From positions 180,859 to 244,858 of the forward strand of contig CAVOMZ010000013.1 in the NCBI GenBank assembly GCA_963697135.1: DNA of 64,000 nucleotides, read 5' to 3'. The notes under the pieces were generated by a model. The model searched no databases and was not told the DNA's origin. It saw only the letters and a program-made list of their open reading frames with translations. Source of the DNA: an uncultured Chloroflexia bacterium (GTDB lineage Bacteria > Chloroflexota > Limnocylindria > Limnocylindrales > CSP1-4). This document shows, piece after piece, positions 50,431 through 61,160 of the stretch. A program made the position numbers and the translations under genes. How positions within the stretch are numbered: position 1 is the stretch's first letter; every line of letters begins with the position of its first letter.

Positions 50431-51254
50431 GCCTGGCCGGCCTGGTCGGAGCGTCGGTCATCGGGGCCATCCTGTTCCTCCTGCCGTACCTCGGAATCGA
50501 GCCACCCGGCGGGGCCATCGCCGCGTCGGCCGCGCTCGGCACGGTCGTCGCCTTCGGCGCGGTCGAGCTCGGGGCGCGGCGGCTCGACGCCAAGGGGATC
50601 GCCCTGCTCGCCGCGATCGCCGCCCTCGCTGCCGCGATGCGTCTCGCCCTCGTGACCGGGATCGCCGGCTTCAGCCCGTTCTTCCTGCTTGTCCTGTGCG
50701 CCGGATACACGTTCGGCCCGAGCTACGGCTTCCTGGCCGGCACGGTCGCGATGCTCGTCTCGGCGATCGTGACCGGCGGAATCGGGCCATGGCTGCCCTA
50801 CCAGATGTTCGCCTCGGGCTGGGTCGGCATGGGTGCCGGCTTCATCGGCGAGGCGCTGAGGGGATGGAGCGGAAGGATCAGCCGGCCGACCCGACGCGAC
50901 CTGATCGCCCTGGCCGGCTACGGCTTCGTCGCCGGCTTCGTCTACGGAATCGTCATGGACCTGTGGGACTGGGCGTTCTTCCAGGGCAGCCCGGACTTCG
51001 GCTTCGTCCCCGGCCTGGGCCTCGCCGGGACGCTCGCCCGATTCGGCCAGTTCTACCTCCTGACGTCCTTCGGCTACGACGCGTTCCGGGCAGTCGGCAA
51101 CGCCCTCCTCGTGCTGGCCCTGGGAACCGCTGTCCTGGCGACCCTCGCCCGGCTACGGGCAAGAGCGAGCTTCGAGATCGTCCCGATCGTGGACCCGTCG
51201 AGCGGCCTGGCGTCCCCGCCTGCTTGCCGGGGCCCTACGGCCCCTCGCGGCTGA
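50427..51254 (+). CDS. ECF transporter substrate-capture (S) component, substrate inferred to be a corrinoid
   Basis: ATG 50427 (ATGA overlap) lies in the frame of ORF 50361-51254. About six TM helices and Gly/Ala-rich. Last gene of the riboswitch-controlled operon. Confidence 0.7.
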   Translation: MSLAGLVGASVIGAILFLLPYLGIEPPGGAIAASAALGTVVAFGAVELGARRLDAKGIALLAAIAALAAAMRLALVTGIAGFSPFFLLVLCAGYTFGPSYGFLAGTVAMLVSAIVTGGIGPWLPYQMFASGWVGMGAGFIGEALRGWSGRISRPTRRDLIALAGYGFVAGFVYGIVMDLWDWAFFQGSPDFGFVPGLGLAGTLARFGQFYLLTSFGYDAFRAVGNALLVLALGTAVLATLARLRARASFEIVPIVDPSSGLASPPACRGPTAPRG

Positions 51255-52370
51255 CGAAGCGCTCCAGGCCGGCCAGCGCCTCGGGCAGGTCGAGCCGCCC
51301 GAACCCGAGCCGGACGCGGTTGCCGGGCTGTCCGAAGGTCGAGCCGGGGAGGAGCAGGACGCCCTCCGCTTCGACCAGCTCGGCGGCGAACCGGTCAGCG
51401 TCCCAGCCCGCGAATGCCCCTCGAGGGCGAGGCGCGGGAAGCCGACCGAGCCGGCCCGAGGCCGGACCCAGCCGAGCACATCCGGGCGATCGGCGATGAA
51501 GCGGTCGAGGGCGACCAGGTTGGCCCCGATGATCGAGCGCGATCGCTCGAGCACGGTCGCCTTCGCCCGCAAGCCGATCAGGGCCAGGAGCTCGGCCGGT
51601 GCCGAGGGACAGATCGTGGTGTAGTCCTTGAACGCGGCACAGCGGGCGAGCAGGTCACGATCCCGGCTGGCCAGCCAGCCGATCCGGAGGCCGGCCATCG
51701 CGAACGACTTCGACATCACGCCCAGGCTGACCCCATCCTCCAGCGTGTCGGCGCCGGTCGGCAGCCGGTCGGCCTCGTCGTACTCGAGGAAGCGGTAGAC
51801 CTCGTCGGAGAAGAGCCGGACGCCGGTCTCGGCGCACAGCTCGACGAGCTCTCGCCACTCGTCCTGGCTCGGCAGCATTCCGCTCGGGTTGTGCGGTGCG
51901 TTGACGACGATCAGGCGGGTGTTCGGACGGAGCTCCGTCTGGATCCGGGCCACGTCCAGGCGCCAGTCGTCGGTTGCCCGCAGCTCGTGCTTCGTGATCT
52001 CGGCCCCGGCCGCGAGCCCGGTCTCGTACAGGCTCTGGTAGCCCGGCCAGGTCACGATCGCATGGTCGTCCGGGCCGAGCACGACATTGAGCAGGCAGAA
52101 GATCGCCTCCTCGGCTCCCGAGAAGACGAGCACGTCGTCGGCCTCGAGCGAGTCGTACAGGCGGGCGATCTCCGCCCGCAGGAGGGGATGGCCACTCGAC
52201 TCGGTGTAGCCCAGGCGGAGGCCGTCCCACAGGCCTCTCGCCTCGTCGTCAGCCAGCTTCAGGAGCTCAGCCATCGGATAGCCCTCGACATCCGAGGCGC
52301 ACATCAGGTGGCGGACCGAGAACTCCCAGCGGGCGAAGTACCGCTCGAGCTCGAAGTCGGCGATCCTCAC
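51235..52370 (-). pseudogene. class I/II PLP-dependent aminotransferase; one frameshift near the 3' end (about 51418)
   Basis: ORF 51153-52370 carries NAPHNPSG and SKSFAMAGLRIGW. After ...FPRLALEG the conserved tail AFAGWDADRFAAELVEAEGVLLLPGSTFGQPGNRVRLGFGR...* continues one frame off in a G/C run and ends at TAG 51235. Confidence 0.85.
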
Positions 52371-52384
52371 GAACTCTGGCCGGG

Positions 52385-53147
52385 CTAGTTGATCGCGACG
52401 AGCGCGGCGGTCAGCGCTCCGAACGTGGCCTGATCAAGGCCGCTGCCGGTCGCCAGCCAGCTCGGCTTCTCGCCCTTGGCCACGACCAGGGCATAGCCGT
52501 TCGAGGTCTGGACGAGGTCACCGGTCAGGTCCCCGAACGAGCCCGAACCGGCGCTCGAGCCGCTCGGCACGCAGCCCGACGAATCCGCGCAGAACGAGCC
52601 CTCGTCGAGCTCGAACGTCGCGTTGTCGGAGCGGCGCCGGAACTGGATCTGGATCCGGCCGCCGTTGGCCAGGCGATAGGTCCCGGCGACCAGCGACCAG
52701 CCCGCCGGCAGGACGGCGCAGTAGACCGGGAAGTTGACCGAGCTCGCGAACGATTGGTAGAAGTCCGGGGTGTCCTTCGCCCCGGAGCAGACCGAGGCGG
52801 CGCCCGACGGGCTCGGCTCCGGGCCGGCCGAGGCACTTGGCGTCGGGCTGGCGCCGGAGTCGCTCGGTGATGGTCCGGCGATGGTCGGAGGGGTCACGGG
52901 GCGGTTGAGGACGCGTCGAGGGCTCCACGCCCTGGCTCGGCGCGGTGCTCGGGGCCACGCTCGGGGCACTGCTCGAGAGGTCGGTCGGGGCCGTGCTCGG
53001 CGCCGTGCTCGGCGGCCCGGACGGCAATCCGGAGGTCGGTCCGATCGTCGGCGCACCGGACGAGCAGGCGACCGCGAGCAGGAGTGCACCGGCGATGAGC
53101 AGGGGAAGCCGGACGGTCCCGGCCGTCGGCGGGCGCATGGGCCTCAC
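52385..53147 (-). pseudogene. hypothetical lipoprotein; one frameshift (about 52913)
   Basis: Lipobox LLLAVAC and Ser/Pro/Thr linker (ORF 52518-53147) continue as ...PTIAGPSPSDSG...DTPDFYQSFASSVNFPVYCAVLPAGWSLVAGTYRLANGGRIQIQF... (ORF 52385-53089). Confidence 0.6.
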
Positions 53148-53396
53148 CCGCGAAGCCTAGCGGCCCGCGACGAAATCGGTCAACGACGCCCCTCGAGCGG
53201 TTCCGGGGTCATCGGCCCGGCCTGGTGAGCCGCAGATAAGGGCTGCCTGCGATCCTCGGCGAGCCGATGAACGACCACCGTCCGCTGCCGCTCGAGAGCC
53301 GACCCAGCCGGCTCGGATCCGCACCGCTCCCGCGCCCGAATCCGCCGTGCAGATCCGTCGTGCATTCCGCCGCGCAGGCCCGCCGGGGAGCTCATC

Positions 53397-54160
53397 GTGG
53401 ATTCTCGCGGTCGGAGGCGGCGGCTCGTCGTGCTCCCGATCCTCGTCGCGCTGGGGCTGCTTGCCTCCGGGCCACACCCAGCGCTGGCGGCCTACCAGGC
53501 CTCGGCCGACTCGAACGAGTCGGCCTTTCGAAGCCCGTGCGTCGGGTTCCGGGACAGCCACCCGGCCCGGATGCTGGCGCTCGCCCTGACCGGGCTGCGC
53601 TCGCTCGGCTACTCGACGACCGGGTTCAGCGGGACCGGCTTCACCCACGCCAGCGTGCTGGCTCGAACCGTCAACGACTTCGGGTTCTACGTCCATTCGC
53701 ACGGGGACGAGTACTGGTATGCCCCGGGGCAGCGCCGCTACAACGGCTTTCGCGAGGACTCGGGCGACTGCAGCCAGGCCGTGATCTTCTCGAACCAGAT
53801 CGCCTCCGCCCGAGCCGGCCAATTCACGAACCTCGTGGTCGTCTCGACCTGCCACAACGCAGATCCCGGCACGACTTTGCCGGGCGCCTTCGGAATCGAC
53901 CGGACGAAGAGCCAGGCCGGGGGCAGCCATTTCTACCTGGGCTACCTCGGGATCGCCTATGACAACGACGAGCAGGCCTTTGAGACGGCCTTCTGGTCCG
54001 CGCTCGAGCGCGGCCGGAGCGTGGGAGCCGCGTTCGATCTCGGGCTGCTCCAGAACTTCAGCCATCCCCTCGAGGCCGACTGGTGGGGGACGTACACCTG
54101 GTCGGGCCGGGCCGGCGCCACGGTCGTTTGCCCACGCTGCGAAGCGCCGGCGCCCAATGA
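53397..54160 (+). CDS. secreted protein with His/Cys dyad context reminiscent of clan-CD (caspase/gingipain-like) peptidases; 3' end unresolved
   Basis: GTG 53397 follows GGGGAG. Signal peptide RRRRLVVLPILVALGLLASGPHPALA. FYVHSHGDEYW and LVVVSTCHNADPG each follow hydrophobic strands. The frame stays open to 54926, so the end is set at a possible junction with the next ATG. Confidence 0.45.
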
Positions 54161-55078
54161 GCGGGCGTCGGAGTGGCGGCGCGGATCGCCGGCAGGTTCG
54201 GCGGCGGCCGTGCTGATCGTCAGCGGGATCATGGTCATGGGAGGTCAGGCGATGGCGATCGAGCTTCGACCGGGAGCCGGGATGATGAACCGGTCGGCGC
54301 CTCGCCCGGCAACTGCCGCCGGCCTGGATGCGACCCAGGCGACGCTCCTTGCGGCCCAGCTCGACGCCCGGCTCGGCCTGGCCCAGCCGGCCAGCCGGAG
54401 CGTGATCCAGGCCATCGACCCGGGCACGGGCATGAACGTGGCCGAGGTGACCGAGCTCAACACCGCCGGCGTGCCGACGATGATCAGCCGGTTCGACTCG
54501 ACGGGTGGGCTCGTCTCGGCGGTCCGCCTCGGCTATGTCCCGCCGCCGGCGACCCGATCGCCAGTGCCGATGCGAGCGTGGCGGCCAGCGGGATCCTGGG
54601 CAAGGTCGGGATCTCGGCGGCCGGCAGCCCTGCCGTCTCGACCCGCGCCGCCGGAGGCTGGCTCGTCCGCTGGGTGCGCCAGGTCGGGACAATCCCGGTT
54701 CCCGGCGACGGGATCGGCGTCCAGCTCGACCCGGACGGCTCGTTCCACGGGATCGTCCGGACCCAGCACGGCCTGGCTCCGACACCGCCAGCACGATCGA
54801 CGCCGCCACCGCCCGGCGGCTTGGTTCTGCCCGGCTCGATGCCTGGCTGCCGGCTGCCATCCGGTCCGAAGCGACGATCAGCTCGGTCGGCCAGGGGTGG
54901 ATCGCCCCGAACGACACGTTCGGTGACACGGTCCCGGCCGGAAGCGCCGTCACCCTCCATCTCGCCTGGATCGTCCGGGTCGACGATGACCGGCAGCCTG
55001 GCCGACACCGTCGCAGGGCTGGAGATGGCGTTCGATGCCGGCACGGGCACCCCGCTCGGCGGAGACCTTCTCGAGTGA
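54157..55078 (+). pseudogene. hypothetical membrane-anchored protein; about 3-4 frameshifts
   Basis: The basic N-terminus plus TM (…AAAVLIVSGIMVMGG) and later segments lie in ORFs 53397-54926, 54173-55078 and 54505-55668 (GILGKVGISAAG...WLVRWVRQVGTIPVPGDGIGVQLDPDGSFHGIV; STIDAATARRLGSARLDAWLP...; LADTVAGLEMAFDAGTGTPLGGDLLE*). No family recognised. Confidence 0.35.
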
Positions 55079-56032
55079 CTCGAACCGCCGGCCCGGTCCT
55101 GGTCGCGCTGGGGACGACGATCCTGTCCGCCTGCGCCGCGTTGCCAGTCGTTTCCGGCGGAGTGTCGCCGGGCCGATCGGCCGCTCGAACGGCCTCGCCG
55201 GTCCCGGCCGAGGCGTTGGTCGTCCTGGCCGGCCAGGTCGGAGCGATGCGGCTCGGGACCGCCGACCCCCGGGCGGCCGATCGCGGGGTGGGCTTCGTCG
55301 ATGCGCCGGGGCTTCCGCCAACCGCCGCCTGGCTTTCGACCGGGGGCACGACGCTCGCGGCTACGACCCTTGCCGGGATGACGCTCGTGTCGACCCATGG
55401 CTTGTCGTGGCAGCCTGCGCCGGGCGAGCTCGGCCGAGCGCACCCCTGGCGGGCATTCGGATCGATCGACCCGGGCGCCGACAAGATCGCCTCGATCGAG
55501 GGGGAGCCCGGTTCAGGCCAGCCCGGGCGGCTCGTCGTTGCATCGCTCGACGGTGGCCCGATCGCCACGATCGCCATCGCCCAGGCGGCCGAGTCCGCCC
55601 CGGCCTGGCTCCCCGATGGCCGGGTCGTCGTGTGGTCCGCGACTCGAGCGACCGGCCGCGGCCACTGATCGCTGATCTGGCCACGGGCAGGCTCACGGTG
55701 GGCCGGGCGGCCCGGTCCGATCCGTCGCGATCGGCGGCGGGACGGTGGCCACGATCGATGAGACCGGCCTCATCCGAATGGAGTCCGTCGATGACTGGCT
55801 GGCGGGCGGGCCAGGCAGCGTCCGTGCGATCGGTGGGCCAATCGCCCGGCGAGGTGGTCAGCCAGGCCCAGCCGTCGCCCGATGGCCAGGAGCTGGCCGA
55901 GGTCTTCACGAACGAGGACGGCGACGCCGAGGCGATCGAAGTCGTCGCTGTCGTGACGGACACGAGATCGCCCGGCTCGCGCTCCCCGACGGGACGAACC
56001 GGGCGGTCGTCAGCTGGCTGGCGGCACCCTGA
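55075..56032 (+). pseudogene. hypothetical lipoprotein (possibly beta-propeller-like); about 4-5 frameshifts
   Basis: GTG 55075 overlaps the previous stop. Lipobox LGTTILSAC. Plausible segments alternate between ORFs 54505-55668, 55035-56045 and 55745-56032, ending ...GHEIARLALPDGTNRAVVSWLAAP*. Confidence 0.4.
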
Positions 56033-56061
56033 GCGCCGCGTGTGACCCGAGCGGAAATCGG

Positions 56062-56340
56062 TCAGGCCGTGACCGCCTGGAGCTCGTAGCTCGATTCGAT
56101 CGGCGCTTCCTCGGGGACCATCGTGCCGAGGATCTTGTGAATCGCGAGGAGGTGGACGCAACTACCCCAGGAGCCGAAGTAGTGGCAGGTGCAGTGCCAC
56201 TGGCCGGCATGGAGGCTGACGGTGTGGGTGTCGTTGTCGCCCCGGAACGTCAGGGAGAACTCGTCGAACGAGATCCGGTCGAGCTCGCGAGCGTAGCGAT
56301 TTGCCTTCTCGACCTGACCGATCAGCGAGCTGTGCATGCT
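56062..56340 (-). CDS. small SWIM zinc-finger protein
   Basis: ATG 56340 follows GGAGG and lies within ORF 56062-56454. The CxCx(n)CxH signature is WHCTCHYFGSWGSCVHLLA. Confidence 0.7.
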   Translation of the reverse strand, partial: SMHSSLIGQVEKANRYARELDRISFDEFSLTFRGDNDTHTVSLHAGQWHCTCHYFGSWGSCVHLLAIHKILGTMVPEEAPIESSYELQAVTA

Positions 56341-56503
56341 CCTGACCTCCGTCGCCCTTGCGTGGGCGCTTTCGAGGCCGCCGTCCGGTCCTGCACCGTC
56401 GACCGGTGATGGCGGTCGCTGGACCGACGATACACCCCGACGGGGGCCGAACACCTCCCAATCGCCCGGTCGGATGGGGCCTTCGTACCTCTCGCTCGCC
56501 GAG

Positions 56504-56919
56504 CTACGGCGCGTTCGTGCCCTCGCGGCCGAAGTCGTCCTCGAGCCGGACGACGTCGTCGAGCTCGGGCGTCGAGACCTCGATCAGCTCGGTCGGCTCG
56601 ATCGCCTCGAACCGGTGATGCGCCCGGCCGGGACCCGTCGGCGGTCGCCCGGGCCGAGCTCGATCGCCTGGATCGTGCCCGCCGTCGTCCTCGAGGTGAG
56701 CCGCAGCCGCCCGAGATGACGAGGATCCACTCGTCCTTCGCCTCGTGGTACTGGAGCGACAGCCGGCGGCCGGCGTCGATGACGATCAGCTTGCCGACGT
56801 AGCGGTCGGTCTGGGCCCAGATCAGCTCGTGGCCCCAGGGCTTGTCGACGCGGCGCGCGGGCGCGCCGGGTCGGAGCGCCGCCGCGAGCGGGGGCCTCGT
56901 GCTCAGGCAGCACGGACAA
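56504..56919 (-). pseudogene. cupin domain protein (type II phosphomannose-isomerase C-terminal-like); about three frameshifts
   Basis: TTG 56919 (MSVLPEHEAP...), then VDKPWGHELIWAQTDRYVGKLIVIDAGRRLSLQYHEAKDEWILVISG, RLRLT...IQAIELGPGD..VPAG, and HHRFEAIEPTELIEVSTPELDDVVRLEDDFGREGTNAP* lie in different frames. Confidence 0.7.
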
Positions 56920-58388
56920 GCTTCTCGCCGGCCCCGACGAGCGCGTCGCGCGCCTCCGCCGAGGTCGCCTCCGTGTACACCCGCACGAGCGGCTCGGTGC
57001 CGCTGAACCGGATCAGCAGCCACGAGCCGTCGGCGCGGAAGAACTTGAAGCCGTCGTTCGTGTCAGCGGCTTCGGTCCGGGTCGACCGGCTGGCCGGCGA
57101 GCTCCGTCGGGCGTGCTCGCGCGAGGTCCACGAGCAGCCGGTCCTTACGCCGGCGTACAGGTCCTCGCTCGACGTGGACGTCGATCCGCCGGTAGAACGA
57201 CGGCCCGGCGAGCTCGTGGAAGTGGGCGAGCGTCTTCGAGACCGGCCAGCGCCCGGCGGCCTTCTCGCGCAGGAACAGGTCGAGCAGGAGCAGGTCGGCG
57301 TAGATGCCGTCGCGCTCGGGCAGGTGCATCCCGAAGCCGAAGCCGCCCGACTCCTCGGCGCCCATCATCGCGCCGGTCTCGATCATCTTCGGGCCGATGA
57401 ACTTGAAGCCGACCGGGGTCTCGTGGACCTGGATCCCGTAGTGCTTCCCGAGCCGGGCCGCCATCGACGTGTTGTTGACGGTGATCGACGACCGGCTGGC
57501 GCAGGCCGCGGTGCTCGGCCAGGTAGTACATGAGCAGCCCGGTGACCTCGAGCTGGTGGATGAAGTTGCCCTGCTCGTCGGCCGCGCCGGCGCGGTCGGC
57601 GTCGCCGTCGAGGAGCAGCCCGAGGTCGTGCCGCCGCCGGCCAGGATCCCGAGCGCCTCGTCGATGTTCGGCCGGATCGGCTCGGGGTTGACGCCGCCGA
57701 AGTACGGGTTGCGCTCCTGGTGGATCTCGGTGACGCGGATCCGGCCGCCGGCGAGGAGGCGGCGGGAGCCAGCCCGCGCCGGCGCCCCACATCGGCTCGA
57801 CGAGGACGTCGACGTCGGCCGCCTTGAGGGCGTCGAGGTCGACCGTCCGCCGGACGAACCGCTCGTAGCCCTCGTACGGGTCGTAGCGCTCGACGAGGCC
57901 GGCCGCCTCGGCGTCGGCGAACGGCCGGCGCTCGATCGGCCGTGCCGCCGTTCGGGCGATCGCCGCCTCGAGGACGGCGAGGATGTCCGGCCCGGCGGCC
58001 GAGCCGGTCGGCGCCTTGACCTTGAAGCCGTTGTCGGTCCACGGGTTGTGGCTGGCGGTGATCACGATGCCGGCCGCGGCGCCGCGCTCGACGACCTCGT
58101 ACGAGCACATCTGGGTCGGCACGGCGTGCCGGGCGATAGGCGACCGGGATGTCGTGGGCGAGGAGGACCTCGGCGGCGGCCTCGGCGAAGTGCTCCGAGG
58201 CGAACCGCCGGTCGTAGGCGATGACGACGCCCTTGGCCTGCTCGCCCCGCTCGACGACGTAGCGCGCGACGCCGTCGGCGCAGCGGCGGACGTTCTCGAA
58301 CGTGAAGTCGTCGGCGATCCGGGCCCGCCAGCCGTCGGTGCCGAAGACGATCGTCGTCGGGCTGCGGGGCCTGGCTGATCGTGGTCAC
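56903..58388 (-). pseudogene. phosphomannomutase/phosphoglucomutase (alpha-D-phosphohexomutase family); at least six frameshifts
   Basis: GTG 58388 follows GGGAGG. FGTDGWRA, VITASHNPWTDNGFKV, GLLLDGDADRAG, ETPVGFKFIG, GAEESGGFG and RFSGTEPLVRVYTEA are spread over three frames (ORFs 58062-59132, 57145-59487, 57063-57464). Ends ...EKLVRAA* at 56903. Confidence 0.85.
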
Positions 58389-59487
58389 GGGTGGGCCTCC
58401 CGGATTGGGCACGCGGTCGAGGAGCGCCTCGATCCGGGCCTGGCGCGGCCGCGCGCCGGTGAGCAGCGCCACCGGCCAGTCGACGCGGCCATCGTAGCGT
58501 CCGGGCCGCGGCTGTCGCGCGGGCCGGCCTCGGGCCAGCCGGCCGGCGATCGCGCCCGACCACGAGGTCCGTCGTCGCCGGCCTCGACCGCCTCGCCGGG
58601 CTGGACGACGCGCCCGTCCCCGGCCGCCGAGCTCGCCGAGGAGCGGCGTCCAGCTGCCGAGGTCGCTCCAGCCGACGTCCATCGAGCCCATCACGACCTG
58701 GCCGGTCGCCGCGGCCGGCTCCATGACGGCGTAGTCGATGGAGATCGAGCGCAGCCGGTCGTAGGCCCGGCGAGGGCGCCGGCCCGGCGTCCCCGGCTCG
58801 ACGCCGATCATGGATGCCGGTCGGTGTACCGCTCGAGCGCGTCGCGGATCGCGCGGCGCTGCCACAGGAACATCCCGGCGTTCCAGGCGACGCCCGCGCT
58901 GCGTCGAACAGCTCGGCCGCCCGCGCCAGATTTGGCTTCTCCTCGAAGCCATGAGCGGGTACGCCTGGAGCCCGTCGATCGCTCGGCGCCGGTCGAGGTC
59001 CGGGAGCAGGTAGCCGTACTCGGTCGCCGGCCGGTCCAGCTGGATGCCGAGGGTCACGAGCGGCGCCTCGATGCCGAAGGCACCCATGCGCCAGCTCGCG
59101 CTCGGCGTCGCGCAGGACGTCGCGGAAGACACCTCGCGCTGCTCGATGGTCGTGGTCGGCCGGCAGGACCAGCATGACCTCGTCGTCCGGCGCGATCGAT
59201 CGCGAGGGTGGCGAGGGCGATCGCCGCCGCCGTGTTGCGGCCCGAGCGGCTCGGCGAGGATCGTGGCCGCGGGCAGCTGGGCTCGCGGACGATGCGCCGT
59301 AGCGCGCGGTCGGTGACGACGTAAGATCGCAGGCGCCGGGCTCGAGCTCAGGCCCGACGAGCCGGTCGACCGTCCGCTGGAGGAGCGTCTCGGTCGCCGA
59401 GCAGCGGCAGGAACGGCTTGGGGCGCTCCGGCGGCTCAGCGGCCACAGCCGCGTCCCGCCGCCGCCGGCCATGATCACCGCGTACAC
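58385..59487 (-). pseudogene. manC: mannose-1-phosphate guanylyltransferase; roughly fourteen frameshifts
   Basis: GTG 59487 lies 6 nt after TAGAAT. VYAVIMAGGGGTRLWPLSR, KPFLPLLGD, ETLLQRTVDRL, VVTDRAL, ATILAEPLG, RNTAAAIALA, VMLVLPADH, LVTLGIQLDRPATEYGYL, FEEKPNLARA, WNAGMFLW and IDYAVME alternate among all three frames. Confidence 0.8.
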
Positions 59488-59894
59488 CGCCCCATTCTAC
59501 CCGGGCGGACTGGCTCCGCACCTCGTTCAGCCGGGTTCGTTGCATCGCGCCACAGCGCGGCGACGAGCCTCGCAGCGCCAGTCCGTCTCGGGCCCGGCCC
59601 TCGGCCGATGGTCCCTGACAGCCGGGCCTCTGCTAAGACGCGAACCTGGTCGCGCCTATGGTCGTTCTGTCGGACGCTGACGGACTCAAAGGATCGCCGC
59701 GAAGGCACCGGGTCGTCGAACGTGCGCGTATCGCGACCGTGGCAGCCGGCTGGAAACGGCCGATTCGGTCCCGGATCTGCCACAGGCGCGATACGAGTTC
59801 GGGATCGGCAAGGAGACCGGAACGAACGGCCGACGGCGTCCGCCGAGACCAACGGCGCCGTGGAGCCGTGCGGCGCCCGGCCCGGGCGCCGCGC

Positions 59895-61095
<1,201 letters not shown>

Positions 61096-61160
61096 TGGGC
61101 TCCTAGTTTCGTGCTCGCGGAGGGTAGCACGGCGGGCGGCCGGGGCCCCGCGGCGGTCAT

